Shown here piece after piece: positions 15,471 through 24,219 of a stretch of 64,000 nucleotides of DNA (its first letter is position 1; the number at the start of each line of letters is the position of its first letter). The position numbers were made by a program, and so were the translations under genes. The stretch lies in assembly GCA_964603475.1 (NCBI GenBank), contig CAZRVG010000002.1:9923-73922 (forward strand), written 5' to 3'. Source of the DNA: an uncultured Candidatus Saccharibacteria bacterium (GTDB lineage: Bacteria; Patescibacteriota; Minisyncoccia; Minisyncoccales; UBA5738). Under the pieces are notes generated by a model. The model made no database searches. It was not told the DNA's origin and was given only the letters and a program-made list of their open reading frames with translations.

Positions 15471-16742
15471 TTATATGCGTTTGATGTCCGCTCCCAAACC
15501 GCGGAGTTTGCCGCCAAAATCTTCGTAGCCGCGCTCGATTTGCGAGATGTTGCTGATTATGGTTTCGCCTTTGGCGGCGAGTCCCGCGAGAATCAATGCC
15601 GCGCCGGCGCGGATATCGGAGGCGTCCACTTTTGTGCCGATTAAATCGGTTTTGCCAAAGATTAACGCGCGGTGGGGATCGGTGATTTCAATATCGGCGC
15701 CCATTTTGCGCAATTCCTGCAAGTGCTGGAAGCGATTTTCATAAAGCGGCTCGTGAATCAAACTCTTGCCTTTGGCTTGAGTGAGCAGAACCGCGGTTTG
15801 CGGCTGGAGGTCGGTGGGAAATCCCGGATAGGGAAGAACCTGTATTTTTGCCGCTTTGAAATTTCCCGACGGATTAACGATAATTTCGCGATCATTGACC
15901 CGGAAATCAATGCCGATATCGCGCATCCTTTCAAAAAAGTATATCAAGTGCGAAGGATTGGTGTTTTTTATTTTGCCTTTGCCGCCGGTGAGCGCCAGCG
16001 CGATCATAAATGTGCCGGCTTCCAAAAGATCGGGGCAAATCGAATGGTTTGTGCCCGAAAGCTTTTGAACTCCTTTAATTTTAATCGTATGCGTTCCCGC
16101 TCCTTCAATTACCACTCCCATATTTTGCAGCATCAGCGCCAAGTCTTGCACTTGCGGTTCGGCCGCGGCGATTTCAATCACGGTTTCGCCTTTTGCCGTT
16201 GCCGCGGCCATCATTACGACTTCGGTGGCGGTAACGGAAAACTCGCGCAGTATTATGCGCGTTCCCTCAATTTTGCCAGGAACGTCAAAATGGTAAAAGC
16301 CGTTCTCTTCGGTAATGCCGATACCCATTTGCTTTAACGCTTCCAAATGGATGCCAATCGACCGCAGGCCGATTTTATCGCCGCCGGGATGGGGAACTTT
16401 AAATTTTTTAAACCGGGCGGCAAGCGGCCCGATGAGCAAGGCCGAAACCCGCATTTTTTCAAAAAGAGCGCAAGGAATTTTTTCCGGGTCAATGTTTTTC
16501 GCGTTGACTTGGATTTTTCTTTTATCAAGCCATTGCACTTCGGCGCCCATTTGCCCGATGATGTCAATTTGGTCCAAAACATCGCTGCACAGAGATAAGT
16601 TATCAATTACGCACGGTTCTTCGGTGAGAAGCGCGGCGGATAAAATCGCGCCTGCGCTGTTCTTGTAGCCAAAAATATCAACTTCGCCGCTTAATTGATT
16701 CTGCCCTTTGATTAAAAATTTTTCCGCCATAATTTGTGCCAT
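15471..16742 (-). CDS. murA: UDP-N-acetylglucosamine 1-carboxyvinyltransferase
   Basis: 423 aa. KNSAGAILSAALL, GGDKIGLRSI and RALIFG...RAGAALILAGL motifs. Start may be the ATG at 16730. Confidence 0.95.
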   Translation of the reverse strand: MAQIMAEKFLIKGQNQLSGEVDIFGYKNSAGAILSAALLTEEPCVIDNLSLCSDVLDQIDIIGQMGAEVQWLDKRKIQVNAKNIDPEKIPCALFEKMRVSALLIGPLAARFKKFKVPHPGGDKIGLRSIGIHLEALKQMGIGITEENGFYHFDVPGKIEGTRIILREFSVTATEVVMMAAATAKGETVIEIAAAEPQVQDLALMLQNMGVVIEGAGTHTIKIKGVQKLSGTNHSICPDLLEAGTFMIALALTGGKGKIKNTNPSHLIYFFERMRDIGIDFRVNDREIIVNPSGNFKAAKIQVLPYPGFPTDLQPQTAVLLTQAKGKSLIHEPLYENRFQHLQELRKMGADIEITDPHRALIFGKTDLIGTKVDASDIRAGAALILAGLAAKGETIISNISQIERGYEDFGGKLRGLGADIKRI

Positions 16743-16807
16743 AATAAGTTGAAAATAAGATTATTTTAAGTTATCATTCAGTTTAAGGAATAAACGGCCT
16801 TTTGTCT

Positions 16808-17818
16808 ATGATTACCAAAGAAAATAATAAAAATACAAAGTTAAAAATTGTTTGCTTGGGTGGGGGAAATTTGGTGCCCAAGGTGCTCTTGGAGCCGCTT
16901 AAAAAATATCCGTTTCAGTTAGCGGGTATTACTTCAATGGTGGATAGCGGCGGCGCGGCGGGCGCGTTGCGCAAGCAATTCGGCGTGCTTCCCCCCGGAG
17001 ATATAAGGCGTCATATTTTGGCACTATCCAATGCTCCAAAATGGAAGAAGGACCTTTGGAAGTTTCGTTTCGGTGATGAATTTTTCGGTGCTTGGCATAA
17101 GGGGCAATCTTTTGCCAATGCGTTTATCGCTGGATTGGAGTGGAATTTAAAAAGCCACAAAAAAGCCATGGTAATCATTTCCGAATTTATGGAAATTGGT
17201 AAAAACCGCGTTTTGCCCATGGTCATTGATAAAACACATATTATTGCCGAATTGGAAGACGGAAGCGAAATTATTGGCGAGGAAGAAATCGAGCTTGCCG
17301 GCAACCACGATACGAATTTAAAAATTAATAAAGTTTTCCAAAAACCAGAATCAAAAATGTTTTCCGAAGCCAAGAAGGCGATTTTGGAAGCGGACATAAT
17401 AACTATCGGTCCGGGTGATTTATATTCCAGCACAATTCCGTGCTTTTTGCCCAAGGATGCTCCGGCGATTTTCAAAAAATCCAAGGCAAAGAAAATTTTG
17501 ATCAGCAACACAGTTTCGCGCAAAGGGGAAACGCATGGATTTTCAATCAAAAGCTTTGCCGCGGAAGTGGAAAAATATATGGGGCATTCCCTGGACTATG
17601 TTATCTACAATAACGCCCCGATCGATACGGATTTGCTGAAAGAATACGAAAAAGAAGAATCTATGATCTGCGAACCGTTTAAAATTGATGTTGATTTACC
17701 CAAAGACAAATTTGTCGGCGCGGATTTATTGAAAAAAAAGGAATTTGCCTATGATCCAAAAAAAGTCATAAAGCAAATTTTTAAATTAATAAATTATCAA
17801 AATGGCAAAGGGAAATAA
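16808..17818 (+). CDS. YvcK/CofD-family (UPF0052) protein
   Basis: IVCLGGGN...[33 protein letters not shown]. Confidence 0.8.
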   Translation: MITKENNKNTKLKIVCLGGGNLVPKVLLEPLKKYPFQLAGITSMVDSGGAAGALRKQFGVLPPGDIRRHILALSNAPKWKKDLWKFRFGDEFFGAWHKGQSFANAFIAGLEWNLKSHKKAMVIISEFMEIGKNRVLPMVIDKTHIIAELEDGSEIIGEEEIELAGNHDTNLKINKVFQKPESKMFSEAKKAILEADIITIGPGDLYSSTIPCFLPKDAPAIFKKSKAKKILISNTVSRKGETHGFSIKSFAAEVEKYMGHSLDYVIYNNAPIDTDLLKEYEKEESMICEPFKIDVDLPKDKFVGADLLKKKEFAYDPKKVIKQIFKLINYQNGKGK

Positions 17819-19127
17819 TCAACCATTGCAGGCGGTTATTTTGGCCGCCGGGGAATCATCAAGATTTTGGCCGCTGAACGGGAGGCATAAAAGTTTGTTG
17901 CAGGTTATGGGCAAGCCGCTGGTTTGGTATACCATTAACGGATTGCGCCAAATTGGAGTCGGCGAAATTGTGGTGGTACAAAGCCCGAAGTGTGAGATTG
18001 AAAAAGAGTTAAAAAACTTTTCTGAAATCAAAAATATCAGTTATGTTATTCAGCCGGAAGTAAACGGAATGAGCGGGGCGATGGTTGCGGCGCGAGATCA
18101 TATCAAGGGGCAATTTTTTGTGGTGCATGCCCACAGTATTGATTGCGGTGAGATTTGCGCCAAAATGGCGGAAAAATCGCGGCAAACCGGAACAAAAATA
18201 ATATTGGCGGGTCAAATTACAAAAACTCCTTGGCTCTATGGAATTGTCGGTCTTGATGAAGACAAGGTGACAGGAATGATTGAAAAGCCGGTCGAAGGCA
18301 AAGAGCCGTCAAATGTTAAAGTTAGAGGAATATATCTTTTTGATAAAAAATATTTGGATTGTCTGGATAAAGTTTTGGGAAAAGTGCATTTTAACCAAGA
18401 ATTTGAAGCTGCGATTGACGCTTATGCCAAGGAAAATGACGCGCGCGTTGTAATGTTGGATGAAAACTATACGGGAATATCTTTGAAATATTCGTGGCAT
18501 TTGTTTGGCGTGCAAAAATATCTTTTTGACAAATTTCTAACAAAACAAAAAATTGCCAATTCCGCGAAAATTGCCAAAAACGCGATCATTGAGGGCAATG
18601 TGGTTATCGGCGAAAATGTCAAAATTTACGAGGGGGCGGTGATTAAAGGACCGTGTTATATCGGCGATAATGCCGTGATTGGCAACAACAGCGTGGTGCG
18701 CGATTATTGCGATTTGGAGGATGGTGCGATAGTGGGTGCGTTTTGCGAAGCGGCGCGTTGCATATTCCAGCCGGATGTTCATGTTCATTCGGGATATTTC
18801 GGCGACTCAATTCTGGATCGGGGAGCGCGCGTCGGCGCGGGCGCGATCACCACAAATGTGCGCGTTGACCGAAAAGAAATTTCGGTTCTGATAAAAAAAG
18901 AAAAAAACGGCGAGAAAGTTTTGGCAAAAATTGCCACCGGATTGAAATCTTTGGGAGTTATCATCGGTCAAAATTCAAAAATCGGCGCGCGCGCCACCTT
19001 TATGCCCGGCCGATTTATCGGCAAAAACTGTTTGGTTGACTCCAACCAATTGGTAATGCGCAATATTGAAGATGACAGCAGTCTGGATGCGTTGAAGTCA
19101 AACTTCAACAAGCATATTGAAGTTTGA
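17802..19127 (+). CDS. bifunctional sugar-1-phosphate nucleotidyltransferase/acyltransferase (archaeal-type GlmU-like)
   Basis: N-terminal [18 protein letters not shown]-transferase fold plus C-terminal left-handed beta-helix hexapeptide repeats. Overlaps the upstream gene by 17 nt. Confidence 0.75.
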   Translation: MAKGNNQPLQAVILAAGESSRFWPLNGRHKSLLQVMGKPLVWYTINGLRQIGVGEIVVVQSPKCEIEKELKNFSEIKNISYVIQPEVNGMSGAMVAARDHIKGQFFVVHAHSIDCGEICAKMAEKSRQTGTKIILAGQITKTPWLYGIVGLDEDKVTGMIEKPVEGKEPSNVKVRGIYLFDKKYLDCLDKVLGKVHFNQEFEAAIDAYAKENDARVVMLDENYTGISLKYSWHLFGVQKYLFDKFLTKQKIANSAKIAKNAIIEGNVVIGENVKIYEGAVIKGPCYIGDNAVIGNNSVVRDYCDLEDGAIVGAFCEAARCIFQPDVHVHSGYFGDSILDRGARVGAGAITTNVRVDRKEISVLIKKEKNGEKVLAKIATGLKSLGVIIGQNSKIGARATFMPGRFIGKNCLVDSNQLVMRNIEDDSSLDALKSNFNKHIEV

Positions 19128-19134
19128 CTTCAAC
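19091..19134. repeat. palindrome with perfect 18-bp arms (copy 1; copy 2 at 22313-22356)
   Basis: gttgaagtcaaacttcaa ... ttgaagtttgacttcaac. It contains the stop codon at 19125-19127. Confidence 0.85.
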
Positions 19135-19293
19135 GCCTTCAATACTCGTAAAGATTATGTGAGTAGCAAACCTTGACGGATTGGAAATTGTTTGGTAGAG
19201 TAAAGCCAGCACCGGCTTTGCTTCGCGCAAGGCGTGAAGCAAAAATGACCGCGGAATAATTCCGCGGAATATGTTTTTTTGGAGAGAATTTGC

Positions 19294-19542
19294 ATGGAAG
19301 CGATATTAATGATTAACGATAAGGATAGCTTGAATGCTATCAACGAGGCATCGAGCAAGTCGGGGAAATTCGGTTTTTTAATTATTAAAACCATGGAAGA
19401 GATAGAGGGGAAGTTATTGCAACTTGGGGTAATGCTTCTCCAGCCGATTAGCGAGATTGCTGACAAGATCAGGAAGATAATGTCTTCCCAGAATTCTCCG
19501 AAATGCGGAGTGGCTGTTATCTATAAGCGGCCGACTCCTTGA
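19294..19542 (+). CDS. hypothetical protein (82 aa)
   Basis: ATG preceded by GGAGAG 8 nt upstream. No recognisable family. Lies in an AT-rich region. Confidence 0.35.
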   Translation: MEAILMINDKDSLNAINEASSKSGKFGFLIIKTMEEIEGKLLQLGVMLLQPISEIADKIRKIMSSQNSPKCGVAVIYKRPTP

Positions 19543-19686
19543 AATGGGTAGTTTGCACTTGCAGATTGCCCTTCTTTTTTTATATGGATGCGCGTGATAT
19601 GTTAGAATGGAAGTGCGGGCGAATGCCTCTTTCGCTAGAGCTATGGAGGCCAAGAATTATTCGTCTCCACGGATTAAATTTGCATT

Positions 19687-20634
19687 ATGGTTAAGAGTAA
19701 AAAGTTAAAAGTTAATAGTCGGGAGTTTGTCATCGGTGTTGATGGCGGGGGAACAAAGACGGCGGCGGCGTTGGCTGATATGAATGGCAAAATTATTGCC
19801 CGGGTAGTTTCGGGCGGTTCAAACGTGCGCAATGCGGGAATAAAATTGGCGGCCGAAAATGTGGCGAAAGCGATATATGACTTGATAAAAAGGAGGAAGA
19901 GTGCCAAAATTATTTCCACGTTTATCGGCTTGCCGGCAATGGAGGAGGAATATAAAGACAAAAAATCGCGGATTTTAAAAGAACTAAAAAAACAAAAAAA
20001 GATTGCCGGAATTTTTTCCGGCAAGGTAATAATCGGTTCGGACCAATTGGCGGCGTTTCGCAGCGGGGCGATGTGCCCGGAAGGAATTGTGGCGATTGCG
20101 GGCACCGGAAGCGCCACTCACGGGTGGAACGGCAAAAAAGAATTTTTAGCCAACAATAAGGGCTGGCTGGCATCAAAGGGTTCGGGGGTTTGGATCGGCG
20201 CGCAAGTCGCGCAAGCGATTGCCGAGGATATGGAAGAGCGCGGTCCAAAAACAATTTTGGGCCAAATGACGGCCAAAAAACTTAAATTCAAAAGCATCAA
20301 TGAATTTTTGAAATTCATCTATCAAAATCCAACCGCCAATTTATCACAGCTGGCGCCGATTTGCGATCACGCGGCGAACCGGAAAGATAAAATCGCGCAG
20401 GAGATTTTGATTGCCGCGGGAAAGGAGATAGCCAAGTCTGTTTGCGCCGCGGCAAAAAAACTTGATTTTGAAGGGCAAGTGCCGCTGGTTTTGGCGGGCG
20501 GAACGTATAAGTCGCGCCGGGTGGCCGATAGCGCGGCAAACGAGATTGAACGCCGCTATCCGGGCAAATTTGATTTTGTGTTTATCGGTGATCCGGTTGT
20601 CGGGGCAATAAACCTCGCTTTGGAAGTGGTATAG
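19687..20634 (+). CDS. BadF/BadG/BcrA/BcrD-type ATPase (N-acetylglucosamine kinase-like)
   Basis: VIGVDGGGTKTAAALADMNGKII and IAGTGSATHG motifs. Confidence 0.8.
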   Translation: MVKSKKLKVNSREFVIGVDGGGTKTAAALADMNGKIIARVVSGGSNVRNAGIKLAAENVAKAIYDLIKRRKSAKIISTFIGLPAMEEEYKDKKSRILKELKKQKKIAGIFSGKVIIGSDQLAAFRSGAMCPEGIVAIAGTGSATHGWNGKKEFLANNKGWLASKGSGVWIGAQVAQAIAEDMEERGPKTILGQMTAKKLKFKSINEFLKFIYQNPTANLSQLAPICDHAANRKDKIAQEILIAAGKEIAKSVCAAAKKLDFEGQVPLVLAGGTYKSRRVADSAANEIERRYPGKFDFVFIGDPVVGAINLALEVV

Positions 20635-20635
20635 T

Positions 20636-20707
20636 ACTGTGCAAAAATTGTGCAAGGTTTCACCTTGCAAGCTTGCAAGGTGAAACCTTGCACAATTTTT
20701 GCACAGT
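20636..20707. repeat. 72-bp perfect palindrome containing the CAAGGT-TTC-ACCTTG core
   Basis: Hand-checked: 20636-20671 is the exact reverse complement of 20672-20707. Confidence 0.9.
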
Positions 20708-20717
20708 TTATCAATTT

Positions 20718-21830
20718 ATGGAAGAAATATTTTTTTTGGCGATTGAAACTTCTTGCGATGATACCGCTATCGCGGTGATGCGTGCCGAAGAAGGGGGAGG
20801 CAAACTCAAAAAAATTGAGGCGGTTTCCAATATTGTTTCGTCGCAAGTCAAATTGCATGCCGAATATGGCGGAGTGTATCCTTCTTTGGCAAAGCGGGAG
20901 CATCAAAAAAATCTGCCCGTGGTTTTTGAAGACGCGGTCAAAGGTTTTGATTTGTCAAAATTAAAATTTATCGCGGTTACCCATGGCCCGGGGTTGGATC
21001 CGTGTTTGTGGACAGGGATTAATTTTGCCCAAGATTTGGCAAAAAAATATAATTTGCCGCTGGCGGGCGCCAATCATTTGGAAGCGCATTTTTTGGCGAA
21101 CCTGATAACTCTGGGAATCGGAGAAAAAGAATTTGAAAAAAATTATTTGCCGGCAATTTGCCTGGTGGTTTCGGGTGGCCACACGCTGTTATTTTTGGCA
21201 AACGCTATCGGCGGCTATCGGTTGTTGGGGCAAACCGTGGACGACGCGGCGGGCGAGTGCTTTGACAAATCCGCGCGCATTTTGGGCTTGAGCTATCCGG
21301 GCGGACCGGAAATCGCCAAACTCGCTTCTGCGCGGGTTAGACCCACGCAAACTTACAGGGGTCCAACCCCTGTCAAACTTACAGGGGTCCAACCCCTGCG
21401 GATTGAGCTTCCGCGGCCGATGATAAATCAGAAGAATTATAATTTCAGCTTTTCAGGATTGAAAACCGCGGTACTCTATGAAGTCCAAAAACGCGAACCA
21501 AAAGTTGCTCAATCCGATGAATACAAAATCGCGATGAGTTATGAAATCCAGCAGGCGATTGTTGATGTGCTGGTGAAAAAAACCGCGCGCGCGGCAAAAG
21601 AATTTGCCGGCAAGGCAATCATTATCGGCGGCGGCGTGAGCGCCAATTTGGCATTGCGCGAGGCGATGCAAAAGATGGCCGAGGAATTAGGAATTCAATT
21701 TTTGGCGCCGTCGGGGGATTTGTCAATGGATAACGCGGCGATGGCCGGAGTCGCCGGCTATTTTGCCTTTCGCCGCGGCGAAATCATCAAACCCGAAGAT
21801 CTCAAATCCCAGCCCAATTTAAGTTTGTAG
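20718..21830 (+). CDS. tsaD: tRNA N6-adenosine threonylcarbamoyltransferase
   Basis: LAIETSCDDTAIAV, GANHLEAH and SFSGLKTA motifs. ATG 20718 is preferred because the upstream ORF extension is palindrome-encoded. Confidence 0.9.
   Translation: MEEIFFLAIETSCDDTAIAVMRAEEGGGKLKKIEAVSNIVSSQVKLHAEYGGVYPSLAKREHQKNLPVVFEDAVKGFDLSKLKFIAVTHGPGLDPCLWTGINFAQDLAKKYNLPLAGANHLEAHFLANLITLGIGEKEFEKNYLPAICLVVSGGHTLLFLANAIGGYRLLGQTVDDAAGECFDKSARILGLSYPGGPEIAKLASARVRPTQTYRGPTPVKLTGVQPLRIELPRPMINQKNYNFSFSGLKTAVLYEVQKREPKVAQSDEYKIAMSYEIQQAIVDVLVKKTARAAKEFAGKAIIIGGGVSANLALREAMQKMAEELGIQFLAPSGDLSMDNAAMAGVAGYFAFRRGEIIKPEDLKSQPNLSL
21329..21399 (+). repeat. intragenic in-frame palindromic repeat block in tsaD
   Basis: tgcgcgggttagacccacgca plus two 26-nt tandem units caaacttacaggggtccaacccctg. 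Confidence 0.85.
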
Positions 21831-21850
21831 GGGCGAATGATTATTCGCCC
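21827..21850 (+). repeat. REP unit overlapping the tsaD stop codon
   Basis: gtaggggcgaatgattattcgccc. The TAG of the GTAG head is the tsaD stop (21828-21830). Confidence 0.85.
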
Positions 21851-21878
21851 CTGCAAATGCGAACGAAAACACGCGGGC

Positions 21879-21912
21879 TTGACAAGATGTTGTTATGAAT
21901 ATATATTCATAA
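21879..21912 (+). promoter_or_regulatory. promoter TTGACA-17-TATATT overlapped by a 20-bp perfect palindrome (candidate operator)
   Basis: TTGACA at 21879-21884 and TATATT at 21902-21907. The palindrome ttatgaatatatattcataa spans 21893-21912. Confidence 0.4.
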
Positions 21913-21971
21913 TATAAAGGTCAAAATATTAATTGGTTTGGAATTTCCAATAAAAATTTCAAATAAAAATT

Positions 21972-22217
21972 ATGCCGAGATTTGATGGAACCGGCCCGAT
22001 GGGCCGAGGACCGCGCACCGGCAGGGGAATGGGTCCTTGCGGCGGCGGTTATGGCTGGGGCGGCGGTTATGGATTTGGTTGCGGATTGGGATATGGGCGC
22101 CGGAGATTTATTTCTCCCCGAAACGAAATGACCGCGTTAGAAGACGAAGCCGCGGTGCTTGAAGAGGAATTGAAGGCGATTAAAGAGGAAATTGCCGCGC
22201 TGAAAAGCGAAAAATGA
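21972..22217 (+). CDS. DUF5320 domain-containing protein
   Basis: MPRFDGTGPMGRGPRTGRGMGPCGGG... Gly-rich N-terminus plus a C-terminal coiled coil. Confidence 0.8.
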   Translation: MPRFDGTGPMGRGPRTGRGMGPCGGGYGWGGGYGFGCGLGYGRRRFISPRNEMTALEDEAAVLEEELKAIKEEIAALKSEK

Positions 22218-22235
22218 TTGCCGTGGCTGGAATGG

Positions 22236-22275
22236 GCAAGGTTTCACCTTGCAATCTTGCAAGGTGAAACCTTGC
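22236..22275. repeat. CAAGGT-TTC-ACCTTG family palindrome
   Basis: gcaaggtttcaccttgcaa-tc-ttgcaaggtgaaaccttgc. Confidence 0.85.
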
Positions 22276-22312
22276 GTTTTGTTTGATTAAAGCCGATTTT
22301 TGCGGTAAAATT

Positions 22313-22356
22313 GTTGAAGTCAAACTTCAATGCGCTTGTTGAAGTTTGACTTCAAC
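22313..22356. repeat. palindrome with perfect 18-bp arms (copy 2)
   Basis: Arms are identical to 19091-19134. Only the spacer differs. Confidence 0.85.
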
Positions 22357-22383
22357 ACTTCAACAAGGTTTATTAATTCATAT

Positions 22384-23124
22384 ATGGCGGCGATATTGGC
22401 GATTTTATTTTCCACTTTTTTAATCAGTTTGTGCGTTTGGGCGGCGGTGTTTTTTTTGTATTTCAAAAAAGAAACACTGCAAAAAATCACGATATTTTTG
22501 GTGGCGCTTTCCGCCGGCGCGCTAACCGGCGGGGCGTTTTTGCATTTATTGCCCGAGGCGGCGAATGAAATTTCCGGCGACGGCCTTTATTTGATCGCTT
22601 TGGGGGCGTTTGTTTTTTTCTTTTTTATGGAAAAAATGCTTTTTTGGCGTCATTGCCACAAAGAAAATTGCGAAATTCACACTTTTGGCTATATGAATTT
22701 ATTCGGCGACGCTCTGCACAACTTTATTGATGGCTTGGTGATCGCGGCGGCATTTTTAACCGATGCAGGGTTGGGGATTGTTACCACGTTGGCAATCGCC
22801 TTGCATGAAATTCCGCAGGAGATTGGCGATTTTGGGGTTTTAATCCACGCGGGCTTTGATAAAACAAAAGCGCTGATGATAAACTATGCCGTTGCCCTTA
22901 TGGTGGTCGCCGGAGGAATTGCGGGTTATTTTCTCTCTTTTGCGGTGGAGGGCATGATTCCATATCTTTTGCCGTTTGCCGCTGGCGGATTTATTTATAT
23001 CGCCGCGTCGGATTTGATGCCCGAGATCCGCAAAGAAAAAGTTTTGAAAAAATCCGTGGGTGCGTTTTTGGTGTTTTTGTTGGGAATCGCGTTAATGTTT
23101 GCGGTTAAACTCATCGGCGAATAA
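22384..23124 (+). CDS. ZIP family metal transporter (ZupT-like)
   Basis: HNFIDGL and LHEIPQEIGDFGVL motifs with multiple TM segments. ATG 22384 is chosen because the upstream extension is palindrome-encoded. Confidence 0.85.
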   Translation: MAAILAILFSTFLISLCVWAAVFFLYFKKETLQKITIFLVALSAGALTGGAFLHLLPEAANEISGDGLYLIALGAFVFFFFMEKMLFWRHCHKENCEIHTFGYMNLFGDALHNFIDGLVIAAAFLTDAGLGIVTTLAIALHEIPQEIGDFGVLIHAGFDKTKALMINYAVALMVVAGGIAGYFLSFAVEGMIPYLLPFAAGGFIYIAASDLMPEIRKEKVLKKSVGAFLVFLLGIALMFAVKLIGE

Positions 23125-23134
23125 TAAAATTTTA

Positions 23135-24193
23135 ATGAAGGAAAAAATCGCGCTAATTTCGGTGGCGGCCAATGTTTTGTTGGCGGCAATGAAAATTATT
23201 GTCGGCGCGCTTTCGGGTTCGGCGGCGGTTTTGGCCGATGGCTTTCATTCGTTAGTGGATGTTTTTTCTTCGGCAATCGCGTTTTTTGGCATCAAAATTT
23301 CACAAAAGCCGGTGGATGAAAAGCATCCCTATGGCTATTACAAATTTGAGGTGCTGTCGGGAACGGTAATCACTCTGATTTTATTCGCCACGGGTGCGGG
23401 AATTATGTATGAATCTTGGGGGCAAATATGGTCGCCGGAAAAAATCAGTTTGGGGTGGATCGCGTTGGCGGCGATGGCAATATCCGCGGCGGTTAATGAA
23501 ACAATGGCGCGATTGAAAATTAACACCGGCAAAAAGGAAAATTCAATCAGCTTGATCACCGATGGCGTCCATTCGCGGGTGGATGTTTATTCGTCGCTGG
23601 GGGTGTTTGCCGGACTTTTGCTGGCCAATGTTTGGCCGCAAGCCGATCCGATTTTGGCGATTTCAATCGGTTTGTACATTATCAAAGAATCATTTTCGCT
23701 GGGGCGCGAAGCGGTTGACTCTTTGCTGGATGTTTCCGCCGGCGAGAAAATTGAAAAACAAATTCAAGCGATCGCGGCGCAAAAAAATATTAAAATAGAA
23801 ACGTTAAAAACCCAAAAAAAGGGATCAGCGATTACCGCGGATTTGGATATTATCTTACCCGCGCAGGCAAGCGTTGAGCAGGCAGCAAAAATTTCGGATG
23901 ATTTGCGGCAAAACTTGATGAATGAAATTGCCAATCTTGCCTATGTTTCCATTGAAATTAAAAGCCACGAATTGGAAAGCGGATTCTACAAGCCCGAGTT
24001 TGGCAAGGGTTTTGGCTGGCAAAGACAGGGGAGATTCAAAACGGACGACGGCGAACAAGGCCGCGGCCCCGGGGGAGAATGCGTTTGTCCAAAATGCGGT
24101 TATCGCGCCGCGCACCAAAGCGGCATTCCTTGCTCAACAATTAAATGCCCGAACTGCAATGTGTATTTGGAAAGGGAAAACGGCAAGTTATAA
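23135..24193 (+). CDS. cation diffusion facilitator (CDF) transporter with C-terminal zinc-ribbon extension
   Basis: LADGFHSLVDV and DGVHSRVDV motifs. C-terminus GECVCPKCGYRAAHQSGIPCSTIKCPNCN. Confidence 0.85.
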   Translation: MKEKIALISVAANVLLAAMKIIVGALSGSAAVLADGFHSLVDVFSSAIAFFGIKISQKPVDEKHPYGYYKFEVLSGTVITLILFATGAGIMYESWGQIWSPEKISLGWIALAAMAISAAVNETMARLKINTGKKENSISLITDGVHSRVDVYSSLGVFAGLLLANVWPQADPILAISIGLYIIKESFSLGREAVDSLLDVSAGEKIEKQIQAIAAQKNIKIETLKTQKKGSAITADLDIILPAQASVEQAAKISDDLRQNLMNEIANLAYVSIEIKSHELESGFYKPEFGKGFGWQRQGRFKTDDGEQGRGPGGECVCPKCGYRAAHQSGIPCSTIKCPNCNVYLERENGKL

Positions 24194-24219
24194 ATAATAA
24201 ATTATAAATTATAAATGAT

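Noticed and set aside
15672-16337. Long ORFs antisense to or overlapping confirmed genes. Examples: 15672-16337 in murA, 31753-32307 in hisS, 38635-39141 in ftsZ, 17011-17550 in the yvcK-like gene, 51490-52125 in htrA, 40128-40619 in nrdD, and 30020-30547.
   Set aside because: Each lies entirely within, or opposite, a gene with strong family motifs. Their translations are low-complexity or Arg/Pro-rich shadow sequences with no recognisable domains.
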